A stretch of 64,000 bases of DNA from Octopus vulgaris (GCA_951406725.2 OX597838.1:44826001-44890000), one strand, 5' to 3'; positions 27,562 to 41,034 are shown, counted from the stretch's first letter. Translations and numbers: made by a program. The notes: generated from the letters alone by a model not told the origin.

Positions 27562-27623
<62 letters not shown>

Positions 27624-28307
27624 GTAACGCCACTACAAATAGCACCAATGTTTCAAGGGATGGCCAAGGTCGGAATTTTTTTAATGTTGAGATGTGTAGT
27701 AGATTGGTTCCGGCGGGAAAGATAAAGCTAAGTGCCAATCAATAAGGGATGGTGGTGGTGGTGGGGGACTGAGTGATTAATTGTGGCGGTAATGATAATG
27801 ATGGTGATGACGATGACGATGATGATAACCACGACGATATGCAAACGATGTTGATGATGATAAAAATGATGAAGATGATAATGACAATGGCGACGACAAC
27901 AATGAGAACAACGACGATAAATAGGATGACAACGATGACTTCAAGAATGACAACAAGACGAGGAGGAGGTGGAGAAGGAAGAAGAAGAAGAAAAAGAGGA
28001 AGGAGAGGTGGAGGGCGAAGAAGTGGTGGTGGTGGATGAGGATGATGATGACAAGAGGGATGCAAAAGGACAGGAGAAGGTGGAGAGGGTGGAGAGCGTA
28101 AGGAATATTAAATTTCTGCGGGATTTGAACTCAGGAACAAATATTGCAGGCTATTTGTCAGACGTACTCTTATGATTCTTTCATCCGCCAAACGATCAAT
28201 AAAATGGCTAACGTACCAGTTATATACTGGGGCTGGTTTCATCATCTAACCCTCTCTCCTTCTAAATGTGACTTTGTACTGGCGTTCGATGTTATTCAAA
28301 AACAGTA

Positions 28308-28685
28308 ATGGCTGTGTGGTAAGTAACTTGCTTACCAACCACATGGTTTCGGGTTCAGTCCCACTACATTGCACTTTGGGCAAGTGTCTTCAACTATAGC
28401 CTCGGGCCGACCAAAGCCTTGTGGGTGTACATGGTAGACGGAAACTAAAAGAAGCCCGTCGTATATATGTATATATATATATATATTGTGTGTGTGTGTG
28501 TTCCCCCTCTTCCTCAGCATCGCTTGACATGCGATGGTGGTGTGTTTAGCGGTTCGGAAAAAAGAGACCGATAGAATAAGTACTACACTTACAAAGAAGA
28601 ACAGGTCCTGGGGTCGATTTGCTCAACTAAAAGGTGGTACTCCAGCATGGCCGCAGTCAAATGACTGAAACAAGTAAAAGAATAA
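28308..28685 (+). mobile_element. SINE family A
   Basis: tggctgtgtggtaagtaacttgcttaccaaccacatgg..ctccagcatggccgcagtcaaatgactgaaacaag. Confidence 0.9.
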
Positions 28686-29267
28686 AAAGAATAAATAATG
28701 ATGATAAATACAATTATGTCTTCGAAGTCGTTCCGTAGTTAATGCTGTTGCAAGAGTAACACTCGAACACACGAACACCGTGATCAGTGGACGGAGATTA
28801 TCATATTTTATTCACTCTACACATATCAACTGTCCTCGGAAAGATGAAGGACACTTTTCTGCTTGTCTACATTTGAACTCAAAAGGATAAAGATTGCCAT
28901 AACGTATACACTGCTAGATATGTATTTTTTTTCTTTTTCTGATGGTCTAATGATTTTTTTTTTACCAGTTCATGATTATATATAATTATGTCATAATAAT
29001 GGAAATAAAAGGTGGTAAGGATAATGATGATAATGATGATGATGATGATGATGATGAGGAGGAGGAGGAGGAGGAGGAGGATAAAGAAGAAGATGATGAT
29101 GATAATGAGGAGGAGGAGGGGAAGGGAAAGGGGAAAGGGGAAGAGCTAGCCGAAAATGGCGTAAATAATGCAGAAGACGATGTACAGAATGCTTTTAGAG
29201 GAATTTTACTTCAACATGTGTAACAGCTAGGTCATCTGTTCTGGCTGTGCAGCTTGAAGATCTACTC

Positions 29268-29332
29268 GGCACAGTCTACAGGGCGCAGTCTACAGGGCAC
29301 AGTCTACAGGGCACAGTCTACAGGGCACAGTC
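29268..29332. repeat. 14-bp minisatellite GGCACAGTCTACAG x4.6
   Basis: Seen directly. Confidence 0.95.
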
Positions 29333-29743
29333 CCGATGTTTGATCTATGATCATTCAGGAGTATGAGGACTCCTACATCAACGAATGATCCCATCCCGCC
29401 ACATTTCACCAATGCTATACCTAAGCTTGTTATCTGTCCATATGACGCCACGAAGGGGACAACTAAGTAGGGGTCACATCGTCGGTAAGGTTCATTTCGT
29501 GTGGGTCCTTCTCAAATTCTGAAAAAACAATTTAGGCAAGGCTGGTTCGTGCACTTTTGAGCTTGGGTTTCCGTACTGTCTTCTAGTTTTTGAGAATGGC
29601 ACATGTGGTGCCAATGAACTCTCCCTTTCTTAATAAAGGATATTTCACTCATAATTCTGACTGGTACATAATTCTATCGACATGAGACGCAAAGTTGAAT
29701 TCCACAGGAGTTGATTTTTTGTTTGATTTTTGAGCTGTTGAAG

Positions 29744-29812
<69 letters not shown>

Positions 29813-29954
29813 GGCTGCTGCTGCTGCTGCTGCTGCTAGTGATGATGATGATGATGCTACTACTATTGCTGCTACTACTACTACTACTACTGATGATGAT
29901 GATACTACTACTACTATTGCAGCTGCTGCTGCTACAACAACAACAACAACAACA

Positions 29955-30012
<58 letters not shown>

Positions 30013-30376
30013 TTACTACTACTACTACACCGACATCGACATTTGCACCACCACTATTAGACGTTCACATGGTTACTGACCAGGACGAATGTCTAGTTGA
30101 CATCTCAATGACTTATTCGTTGACATAGAAGTGCTTTCTTTCACCTGATACCCCGCTCCCATCCTGATCTACATGCTAGATAAAGCAGCCAGACAACCCG
30201 CAAATCACACCATGTTTGCCTGAAAAATGTACACATTGGTGCTGTTACCTGGAGTACAATATATCTTAAAGAAAAGAATGAACATCCAAGATAGTCATGG
30301 GTGGATTGTTTTTGAAGACATGTCTTCTCAATATGTGCTAACTTTGGATAAGCAATAAGACGTCAACAGCAACGGT

Positions 30377-30783
30377 GTGGAGGTCCAATGGCCCAGTGGT
30401 TAGGGCAGCGGACTAGCGGTCTTAAGAACGTGGTTTCGATTCCCAGACCGGGCATTGTGAGCAAAAACACCGAAGCTCCACGAGGCTCCGGCTGGGGTGG
30501 GTGGTGAACCCGGCTGTACTCTTTCACCACAACTTTCTCCCACTCTTTCTTCCTACTTGTGCCACAAAGTAGAGGAACCATCGTGTAACCCACTATGGTG
30601 TGGTAAACTTTCAGACCCTAGTCTAGATTGCGAATCCTCTGTAACCCAGGATGGTTCAGCTCTCCACCCGTTAGAAGCCACCGTTTACGGAATGAGGATA
30701 ACAAGAAGAAGAAGAAGAAGAAGAAGAAGAAGAAGAAGAAGAAGAAGAAGAAGAAGAAGAAGAAGAAGAAGAAGAAGAAGAAG
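30377..30783 (+). mobile_element. tRNA-derived SINE (head C + tail Y) ending in (AAG)n
   Basis: Same head and central domain as 19441-19817, different 3' module shared with 57407-57866. Confidence 0.88.
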
Positions 30784-31352
30784 GAGGAGGAGGAGGAGCA
30801 GAAAAGAAGAAGGAGGAGGAGGAGGAGAAGATGGAAAAGAAGAAGGAGAAGAATAAGTAGAAGGAGGAGGAGGAGGAGGAGGAGGAGGGTTAGTAGAAGA
30901 GGCAGCAACGGTGTCAACAATATTGAAGAAGCCAGCCGCTAGGAGGATCCACGCATTGGCTCCTGCCTAGTAGAAATGGCAGTCAAATGCTATTTCACAC
31001 GTAAAAGGAAAGATAGCGAGGCAAATAGAAAAGAGTAGTCCAGGCAGAGACGAGATGTTCCAACACCTTTAATGATGGTTCTGCTTTGTCATCACTCAAT
31101 ATGAACCAAACAACAAAGACGACGACGATTACAGCAACAACAACAAAATCGTTTGCAACCTATTTATTTACAAAACTGGGACTTGCGCGCACGTGCGGGG
31201 TTTAGTTTATTTTCGTTATTCATTTATTTATGTATTTATTCAATTATTTAGTGGTTCATTTTTTTATCTGTTTATTTTAAGATAAATACAGAACGGAAAC
31301 AAAAATATAAATAATAAAAAATATTTTTGATTTTCCAACGGTGACACCGATC

Positions 31353-31412
<60 letters not shown>

Positions 31413-31514
31413 TAATAATAATAATAATAATAAGAAGAAGAAGAAGAAAAAGAAGAAGAAGAAGAAGAGCAATAGTAATAATAATAATAATAATAATAAT
31501 AGTAATAGTAATAG

Positions 31515-31561
<47 letters not shown>

Positions 31562-31566
31562 TAACA

Positions 31567-31627
<61 letters not shown>

Positions 31628-31698
31628 TAACAATAACAATAATAATAATAATAATAATAATAACAATAACAATAGTAATAATAATAATAATAATAATG

Positions 31699-31730
<32 letters not shown>

Positions 31731-32439
31731 TATAATAATAATAATAATAATGCGTCTAAAGTTGCTGCCACAGCTGTTATTGTCGTTAGTTTTCTTTTCG
31801 AAACATGTTTTAATCATCTTATCCGTCGTTGTCGTTGTTGTTGTTGTTGTCATTGTTGTTGTTGATTCACCGACATGAAATTAGTTTCTACGTTACCTAA
31901 TTAAGGTGCTCACTTTCCTTAATCAGATGAACTCAAAAATAATTGAATAAATAAATAAGCCTTATTCGCATCAAGTTCATCCCTGTGTTGTAAGTGAATG
32001 AAACACTCAACAATTCAACTGTGCTCCCGCTACCAAAACGTCATTGAAGAGCAAAGATGGCGACGGGAAGCAGGCCCCTCTCGCTGACTAGGACAGCGGC
32101 AGGGATACTACGATGAATGGGCGATTACGAAGCACATTCTTCATATGATTTCAAGCATGAATCAGGGATTATGTTCTTTAAACTCATCACCCTTCCCGTG
32201 TTTGACTTCAATGCTTCCGTTAAGTCTGTTCTGAATACAGGATTTTGATTGTTAGGCAGTTATACATAGGCTTAATTTAAATACCTACATCATACAAAAT
32301 AAAAACACGAGCCAATATTCTTTTTCTAGAACGTACACATCATACAATTGTTGGCGTCCTCCATAGTTACTGGTGATGCTTAGTAGAAGATGATTGCTGT
32401 TAAAATTTATGTGCAGTAAATTGCTCATATTTCTATGCG

Positions 32440-32815
32440 GGCACTCCGTCGGCTACTGCGACGACTAGGGTTCCAGCTGATCCGATCAACGGAACAGCCT
32501 GCTTGTGAAATTAACGGGGAAGTGGATGAGCACTCCACAGACACGTGTACCTTTAATGTAGTTCACGGAGAGATTCAGCGTGACACAAAGTGTGACAAGG
32601 CTGGTCCTTTGAAATACAGATACGACAGAAACAGGAAAAAAGAGTGAGAGAAAGCTGTAGTGATAGAGTCCAGCAGGGTTCGCCACCACCTACTAACGGC
32701 GCCTCGTGGAATTTTAGGTGTTTTAGCTAAAGTACAGCGCCCGATCTTGGAATTGAAACCGCGATCCTACGACCGCGAGTTTGCTGCCCTAACCACTGGG
32801 CCATTAAGTCCCCAC
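32440..32815 (-). mobile_element. SINE (head C + tail X)
   Basis: Collinear with 19441-19817. Confidence 0.88.
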
Positions 32816-32989
32816 ATACTTCAATAATACATAACATACTCTAACAATTTTTTTATACATACCTAATAATATTTGCTTATATAAATGTATAGAATATTCT
32901 CAACATCAAATGGCTATGGGGGTTCGGCAGAGTAAAATAGGGCACAAAGGGGTCAATAAGTCTAATGCTGTAGACTTTAACGATTGGTT

Positions 32990-33420
32990 TGTAGCTGTGC
33001 TTCGCAACCACATGGTTCCAGGTTCAGTATCACTGCGTGACTATTTGGGCGAGTGTCAACTACTATAGTAGTTGGCCAAAGCCGGATCGACCAAAGCCTT
33101 GTGAGGGGATTTGGTAGGCGGAAGCTGATAGAAGCTCGTCGTATATACATGTGTGAGTGCGTGTGCATCTGTGTATGCGCGCGCCCGTATGTGTGTGTGT
33201 GTGTGTGTATCGGTGTCTTCGTCCCCACCATCACCGCTTGACTACCAATATTGGTGCGTTTATCTCCTTGTAACTTAGAGGTTCGGCAAAAGTAACTCAT
33301 AGAGTAAGTACCAGGCTTTAAAACAATGAATAAGTACTAGAGTTGATTCGATCAATTAAAATTCTTCATGGCTGTGCCCCAGCATGGCAGAAGTCGAATG
33401 ACTGAAACAAATAAAAGATA
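32990..33420 (+). mobile_element. SINE family A, decayed
   Basis: gcttcgcaaccacatggttccaggttcag..gaccaaagccttgtgag..ccagcatggc..gactgaaacaa. Confidence 0.8.
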
Positions 33421-33649
33421 AAAGATAGCTGAAACTAATTAATAAACAGCTTTCATTATCGTAGCATCGATAGCATCGAGCAGCTTCCAGCAGAATTCCT
33501 CGGTGAGGCAAAACGCTTATCCACCAACATATACACAACGTTCCTATTTTCTTTAAAACTATATAAAGACGTTTAATGCCGTTATTTCTAGCATTTCAAT
33601 AAACGATGTATGCACTTCCTGGTCATCCACAGTGTCATATGGGTTTCAC

Positions 33650-34020
33650 ATTTTAGTACAAAGCCAGTAATTTCGGTGGATGGGGGTAGTCAGCTTGTCG
33701 ACCCCGAAATTTGAGCTCAGAGCTTAAGGGCGGGCGAAATGCCGTTCAGTATTTTGCATCGCGTGTAAAATACTTGGCGGCATTTTCGGCCAACTCGTCA
33801 CCGCCTTTCAGTCATATTCGTTTCAAATTTTGGAACAATGACAGCAATTTCGAGGAAGGAGTTAAGTCGATTATATTGACCCCAGTGCTCAACTGGTACT
33901 TATTTTATCGACCGCAAAAGGTAAAGTCGACCTCGGGGGAATTTGAACTCAGAACCTAAAGACAGATGAAATATCCGACACATTTTGCCCGACGTACTAA
34001 CGACCCCGCCAGCTCGTAGC
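33650..34020 (-). mobile_element. two tandem decayed SINE family B copies
   Basis: gtcgacctcgggggaatttgaactcag and gaccccagtgctcaactggtacttattttatcgac motifs. Confidence 0.7.
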
Positions 34021-35046
34021 CTTTCTTTTCACATACAAATTTCGATGGTAAAAGAGAGACATTTCATACGACTCACACTGGCTGTTATGTTAATCCCTAT
34101 CACATTTGCTCTCTATTCTTTACTATATATCATTCTTTTTAATCTATTTAAGAGTCTCGATGTAAGTACGACACATTAAACTGCTTAATCGTAGCAGGAG
34201 CTTCAGAGCGAACTTGTGTTTAGCTTTTGTTTGTATCTATCCCACATTGCACATCAATGATTCTATTATGTAAAACCTCCATTTGTCTAAGTCATTCATT
34301 TGTTCCCATTCAGACAAACTGTCGAACACGAGGCTCTCTATCTCTGTCTGTCTGTCTATCAGTTGGTCTGGCTGACTATCTATACACAAGTAAACACACC
34401 TACACACATATATATATGTGTGTGTGCATATATATACGTATGTATGTATGTATATACACATACAATATGTAATGTGTGTATACTTACATGCATACCTATA
34501 TTTTATATACATATATGTGTATGTATACATACGTACACACATACAAATATGCATATATATATATATACATATATATATACATATATATCCTCACATGCAT
34601 ACATACACACAGTCACACGCACCAGCATACGCAACCGCCACTTAACCTGAACGTGGGAGATATCGATCCGTAGCAAGTCGTCCTAATTTGACTTGCGTTC
34701 AATGTAAAAGATTTTCAGAGCACCATATTACAAAATCTATGATGATGATGATGATGATGAGGAGGAGGAGGAGGAGGAGGAGGAGGAGGAGGAGGAACAG
34801 AAGCTTAGGCATATGGATAGAAAAAAAAACATTATTTTAGCATTGAACACATTTATGATTTAAAGAAATGTGTCAGATGAGTACAGAGGAAAATATTAAT
34901 GAATGATGACTAAAGGAAAGGAGTTGGTTGATCTGCTTCGCTCGCTTAAATTTCTTTCTGATATGATCTAAGGAACGTGATTACACACACCCATTCGTTG
35001 CGTCCTTCTTTGGTATGTATATGTGTGGGAATATATATGTATATAT

Positions 35047-35223
35047 ATTGATAGAAATGGCAAGACAACAAAAGAATGAAAGAGACCTCGTTATTATGTA
35101 AATAGAGGAATTTATCTGTAAATGTAATATGTGACAATTATTCGGTAGCCATGATAAAACTCCGAGTTTCGGATATTGGGACGGTAAACCCGCACCAGCA
35201 TCTCTTCAGCTATCGGGTAAAAG
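35047..35223 (-). mobile_element. PLE-like fragment in (TA)n carrying a hammerhead ribozyme
   Basis: Homologous to 44211-44426 (aacaaaaga..gagacctc..tattatgtaaatagagg); bounded by TA-rich repeats. Confidence 0.7.
35153..35214 (-). ncRNA. type I hammerhead ribozyme
   Basis: GAUAG-CUGAAGA-GAUGCUGG UGCGG GUUUA CCGUC CCAAUAUC-C-GAAA-CUC G GAG-UU-UUAUC: intact core, stems I, II and III, GUU site. Confidence 0.78.
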
Positions 35224-35271
35224 TATATATATACATTCACAGACACGCACGCACGCGCACATAATACAAAC

Positions 35272-35330
<59 letters not shown>

Positions 35331-35331
<1 letters not shown>

Positions 35332-36480
35332 TACCAGCATAGCCCGGCGTTGCCCGGGTATGTAAGAGCCCCTAGTAGGCAACGACTAATCCCAATCTAG
35401 TCCTTTCCCTCTAGGGAACGAAGGCGCATGTGTAAGTTGCAATGTTTTCTCTTCACTCCCAAATAACTATCAAACAGCTATCGATAATTCAACCCAACCA
35501 ATTCCTACCAGGAAGAAATTACGTTCGAGACTTTACCCCCAACACCGCCACTTCTGCTAATAGCTGCTGCAGCCGCAAGTTATTCGAATACTTTTTTGTT
35601 TAAACTTTCTTTATAACTACCACCCCAAACGTTTAGCCTTAAATTTTTGACGTACCCTAAGGGTCCTCGGACGCTACTTGCAAACTCTTGGTTTATTATA
35701 AACCGCTTTTGTCGTGTGCACCAAAAAAACCTTTTCCATTCGTTTGTTCAGTTTGGTCACTTTTGACTTTTTCGTTGTAGTCACTCACATTGCCCGCTTT
35801 TTTGCCGTTTTTGTACATTTTTATACATTTTGGGATACTTACCTCACGTGTTCCGAGAGTTAAAAAGGTCGAGTTGCGTCCCCTAGACAGTCTGTGGTTG
35901 TGTTTAATACACAAATCGGTTTGCTGTGTGCCACATATGATGTAATTAACCGATTTTTTCCAGTAATAAAGTATCCTATTGGAATAAAAAGGTCCGTATA
36001 GCTCCTTGGAGCAGACATGATGCTCGCTGTGAATTTCAAAAAACATTCCTGCCAATTTGTGAAAGATATTGTCGAAAATATATCATCTTGAATTTGAACG
36101 CGATTTCCCAAAATGGCATGATTTTATCGATTTTTTCTGATGGTGTGGTATTGCATGGAAAACTAACGTCAGAATTAAGTTTCTTAGGGTAACATTAAGC
36201 TTCACCATGAGTTTGGTGAAAATCGATTGCAAGTTGCGAAAACTACAACAGAAAATGTGTTGCATATAAAAAGCTTAGATTCTCGACCCCATGTCGAATT
36301 TATCGATGATTTTCAGAACTGGGGGAACTATTCAAAATTTTCGCTGCGTTAGTTTTGAATTATGACATTGGGCTATGTGTGTGTTAAGTTTCATCAGAAT
36401 CGGTTGAAAGCCTAGGTCAGGGTGAGGGTACAACCTGACAGACACACAGACAGACAAACTGCCGTTTATATAGAGATAGA
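35331..36480 (-). mobile_element. non-autonomous Helitron
   Basis: Minus strand starts TCTATCTCTATATAAA with a (TCTG)-like repeat and ends CCCGGGCAACGCCGGG hairpin + CTATGCTGGTAG; inserted between A and T with no TSD. Confidence 0.82.
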
Positions 36481-36533
36481 TATATATTCGCATATACACA
36501 TGCAAATATATATATGATATATAATATAAATAA

Positions 36534-36579
<46 letters not shown>

Positions 36580-36587
<8 letters not shown>

Positions 36588-37030
36588 ATACAAACTGGGA
36601 CAAGAACGCAAAACATTTAGAAGGCGATGCAAAAAACACGGACGGGACATTCGAAGCCTTCAATCTTCAGTCAAGAACCGGATCATCCTCGCAATTTCGA
36701 CTGATTAATCTTGAAATTGCTCCGATCTGGCCAGCCCCCAAGGAAAATCTAAGCCAAGCGTATTAGATTCCTTGGAAGAAAGCCTCGAATGTATACAAAA
36801 CAAGGACGGAAAAACGGACGATGTTACACGAATAAGAATACAAAAATACGTAAAAACAATAATGATAATAATAATAACAAAAACAGGACGTTACATTCAG
36901 GCGTCTTTTGACAGGACGAGTAACCTCTGAGCTGGCGTGTTAGAAAAATGCCTTAGGGCAGAGAGAGAGAGAAGAAAATGCCTTGCCGCACGAAAAGGCC
37001 GGCAATCGGTCAGTCAGTCACGTGTGAGGA
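36580..37030. mobile_element. microsatellite-embedded repeat (PLE-like), second copy at 55589-55720
   Basis: gtaaaaaaatacaaactgggacaagaacg...gcaatttcg.ctgattaat is nearly identical in both places, and both begin at the same base after a microsatellite. Confidence 0.65.
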
Positions 37031-37291
37031 GAAGAGAGAGAAAGAGAGGGACAGATGAAGAGAGAAAAAGGGAAACAAGGAACAAAAGAGGAGGAGAAAG
37101 AGAAAGAGACAGATCAAAGTGGAATGCAAAGTGTGAAAGGCAGAGAAATGTAGGAGAGGGGGGAGAGACAGTGTTATAAAGTCGTACCAAGTTTAAAGAA
37201 ATATGTACTTACATATAAGACCAAAAAGGGTACGTGCGTCGCTATATATATATGTATATATATATGTATGTATATGCATATATATATATGT

Positions 37292-37386
<95 letters not shown>

Positions 37387-37702
37387 TATGTATATATACA
37401 TACATACATACATATATATACATATTTTATATATCAGAAAAGCACTGGATATAACCGGGGAACTTGGATGCTGACATCCCTTTAAGAAAACAATCGCTGT
37501 AATGAAAACATAGGGATCTAAAATTTCAGGGTTGCAGGTCCGGATTCGGCCCAGAATGTTTTCAAATTACTCACGGAGTCAGCCTGATGCCAGAATGGTA
37601 TGATATGTTGGGCTACGGCCTTTTGGAGTAAAGTTGAACAAGGGTGACACACTGACATGCTGACATTCACATTTATTATATTCTATTATTATACTATATT
37701 GG

Positions 37703-38050
37703 GACGGCGCGCTGGCAGAGTGGTTAGCACGCCGGGCGAAATGCTTCGCGGTATTTCATCTGCCGCTACTTTCTGAGTTCAAATTCCGCCGAGGTCGACT
37801 TTGCCTTTCATCCTTTCGGGATCGATTAAATAAGTACCAGTTACGCACTGGGGTCGATATAATCGATTTAATCCGTTTGTCTGTCCTTGTTTGTCCTCTC
37901 GGTGTTTAGCCCCTTGTGGGCAGTAAAGAAATAGATATTTCGTCATATATCGCCGAGGTCGATTTGCTCTTCATCCTTTCGGGGGTCGATAAAATTTGTA
38001 CTAGTTTCGCACTAGGGTTGATGTAATCGACTTAATCCCTTCCTCCACTA
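37703..38050 (+). mobile_element. SINE family B, full copy plus partial tandem copy
   Basis: gacggcgcgctggcagagtggttagcacgccgggcgaaatg...ccccttgtgggcagtaaagaaatag, then cgccgaggtcgatttg.. again. Confidence 0.88.
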
Positions 38051-38076
38051 AATTTTTTGTCTCTCTTTCTTTCCCC

Positions 38077-38107
<31 letters not shown>

Positions 38108-39437
38108 TCTCTTTCTCTGCCACCACCCTCACTGTGTCTATGCCTACTATCACTCTCAACCCCCAACATGAGGAATAGTAGGAGTGCCATTGCATAGTAA
38201 AAGCGGGATTCTAAGTGTGACACACTGACACACAGAAATTAGTCTATTATATTAACTATTCAACCAACTTATCGAATGCTTGATTATGCATTCGGTTAAT
38301 CACTCAAATAGTTGTATTTCACTAAGTCCTTTCGTCTCCACCCATGACCTCTTCACTGACATGACCTCTTATGTGACATGACCTCTTTACTCCAGCTCAG
38401 CTACAGGTCTGTTATATCTGTGAAATTTGTTTGCCACACAAGCAATCCTAAATTAATATTCCAGCATTCCGTCGACTATATGCAACTACGAATACCCTTG
38501 CTGTCTCTATTTTCTGACAAATCATACAAATATATATTAACCAGTTTCCTCACCAGGTCTTTCGTGACATCCCGATTATGTCTAAGGGTGAAACGCAGCA
38601 AAACAAAGAGTCAATTGAATTTTTAACAACCAGTTAAGACGAAAAAACAAAAAGATGCAGTGAATTATTTTTAACGCACACAAATGATGAAAACGTATAG
38701 AATAAGCAATACAAAATATATAGATATAAATTTATAATACAGTTGACAATATATTGATCTTTTTGGCAAACCCTTCGATTAGGTAGCACAGATTTATTTA
38801 TATATTTATATATAATTACTTATTCACATATTTTTTAGAATTTCCTTTTTATGATCTAACAGGTGAATATCGATTGAGGCACAACAACAATGGAAGTAAT
38901 GAAATATATAAAACATTTTTAATAAGATTTATTACGGAATAAATATCGTGGAAAAAAGAAAGAATTATATGAAAATTAATAAAATTTAGAAGAATGGAGA
39001 ATCGAAAAACGAAATAAGTTTTTTTTCTCAAAAATACAATTCGTGGAGTTGTTTAAAAATGCAACAGTGAACAAATTATGTGGAGAGATATCTAGTATTG
39101 GTTGTTGTTGTTGTTGTTGTTGCTGTTGTTTTGTAGTTGTTGCTAGTGGTGATGATGATGTTGACGACGAGGATGACGACGGCTACAAAGACGACGACGG
39201 TGAGTAAGATGATGTCAGCCTCCCCATTGCCGCCGTCGCCGGGGATGATGATGATGATAATGATGATGAATGGGGAGGCGGGGGACAGAGAGGAAGAAAG
39301 GAAAGGAGGAGGAGGAGGAAGATATTCAAGAGGAAAAAGTGGAGATGGTGAGAACCTTGACTAGTGACGTCATTGTTAATTCAATTTATTGTTATTGATT
39401 ATCAGTTGTGTTGCTCTTAATTGGAAGGCGGTGGTGG

Positions 39438-39483
39438 TTTGGGGGTTGGGGTTTGGGGTTTGGGGTTTGGGGGTTGGGGTTTG
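39438..39483 (+). repeat. (T2-3G4-5)n G-rich repeat, G-quadruplex capable
   Basis: Six runs of 4-5 G separated by TT or TTT. Confidence 0.85.
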
Positions 39484-39577
39484 CTCCTATTGACACTATC
39501 CATTTCTGTTGCGTCAGTCTCCCTCTCTTTCTCCATCTCTCTCTCTCTTTCTTTGTCTCTCTTTCTCACTATCTACC

Positions 39578-39640
39578 GTGTATGTATGTATGTATGTATG
39601 TATGTATGTATGTATATATGTATGTATGTATGTATATATG

Positions 39641-39674
<34 letters not shown>

Positions 39675-39874
39675 TGTATGTATGTATGTATGTATGTGTA
39701 TATGTATGTATGTATGTATGTGTATATGTATGTATGTATGTATGTAAGTATGTATGTAAGTATGTATGTATATATGTATGTATGTATGTATATATGTATA
39801 TATGTATGTATGTATGTATGTATGTAAGTAAGTATGTATGTAAGTATGTATGTATATATGTATGTATGTATGTA

Positions 39875-39905
<31 letters not shown>

Positions 39906-40002
39906 ATGTATGTATGTATGTATATATGTATATATGTATGTATGTATGTATGTATGTAAGTATGTATGTAAGTATGTATGTATATATGTATGTATGTATG
40001 TA

Positions 40003-40033
<31 letters not shown>

Positions 40034-40118
40034 ATGTATGTATGTATGTGTATGTATGTATATATATCTATTTATGTATATATATGTATGGATATATATG
40101 TATGTATGTATGTGTATG
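39578..40118. repeat. (TATG)n microsatellite with duplicated variant blocks
   Basis: Seen directly. Confidence 0.95.
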
Positions 40119-40266
40119 TCGTCCGATCACCACTTGATACTGCTTCGTCGCTATTTATAATAATAATGATAACAAAAATAGCAACAGCAACAACAACAAC
40201 AACAACAATAATAATAATAACAACAACAACAACAACAACAATAATCACAACAACAACAACAACAAC

Positions 40267-40334
<68 letters not shown>

Positions 40335-40337
<3 letters not shown>

Positions 40338-40860
40338 AAGTCAAGGTCAGCGAGGCGTATCAAAATAAGGGTGAAGATGGTGTGGAAATCCAACCTGAAT
40401 TCCAAACATTTGCTTACCGCAATGAATATCTGGGCAGTTGCGATGGTCAGATATAGTGCGTCCATCCTCAAATGGACTAAGGAGGAAATATCAACACTGG
40501 ATAGAAAGACGAGAAACTTGATGACGCTGCATCGGGCGCTACGCCCAAAAGCAAACGTAAACAGACTGTATATGAAAAGAAAGAATGGTGGCAGAGTACG
40601 AAAGAGAAAGACTATAGAATATGAAGAGGGTGAAGATAGTGCCAATTATTGTTGGGTTCTTGGAATCAGTATCAGGAGACATCAAAGGGAATATAAAGGA
40701 AAAAAGAACTGTTACAAAAGGTTTGCCTCCTTGGCACGACAAGAATAATGAAAAAAAGTGTTAGATAGCTGCAGGGAATGGATTGCAGGGCACGGCTGCA
40801 GATAGCAAGCCCACTACGCATGTAAGACTCCAGGAGCTTCAACAAAACCTACGTGGAAGA
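40335..40860 (+). mobile_element. R4/Dong-like LINE fragment with internal deletion
   Basis: Post-RT region KSNLNSKHLLTAMNIWAVAMVRYSASILKW..LDRKTR..RLYMKRKNGGR joined to a C-terminal VKIVPIIVG..LLQKVCLLGTTRIM segment; flanked by (AAT)n and (CTA)n. Confidence 0.8.
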
Positions 40861-40873
40861 CTACTACTACTAT

Positions 40874-40929
<56 letters not shown>

Positions 40930-40955
40930 ATAATAATAATAATAATAATAATAAC

Positions 40956-41033
<78 letters not shown>

Positions 41034-41034
<1 letters not shown>

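Noticed and set aside
32050-32120. Gene start at AAGATGGCG
   Set aside because: ORF closes after 19 codons with no clear splice donor.
35696-36111. Helitron Rep/helicase or captured gene ORFs
   Set aside because: No recognisable Rep or helicase motifs in the short ORFs.
36640-36680. Hammerhead on the minus strand (CUGAAGA..GAAU)
   Set aside because: GAAA box altered and stems I and III cannot be formed.
38343-38388. Triple TGACCT nuclear-receptor element
   Set aside because: Explained by a 17-bp tandem triplication; no independent support.
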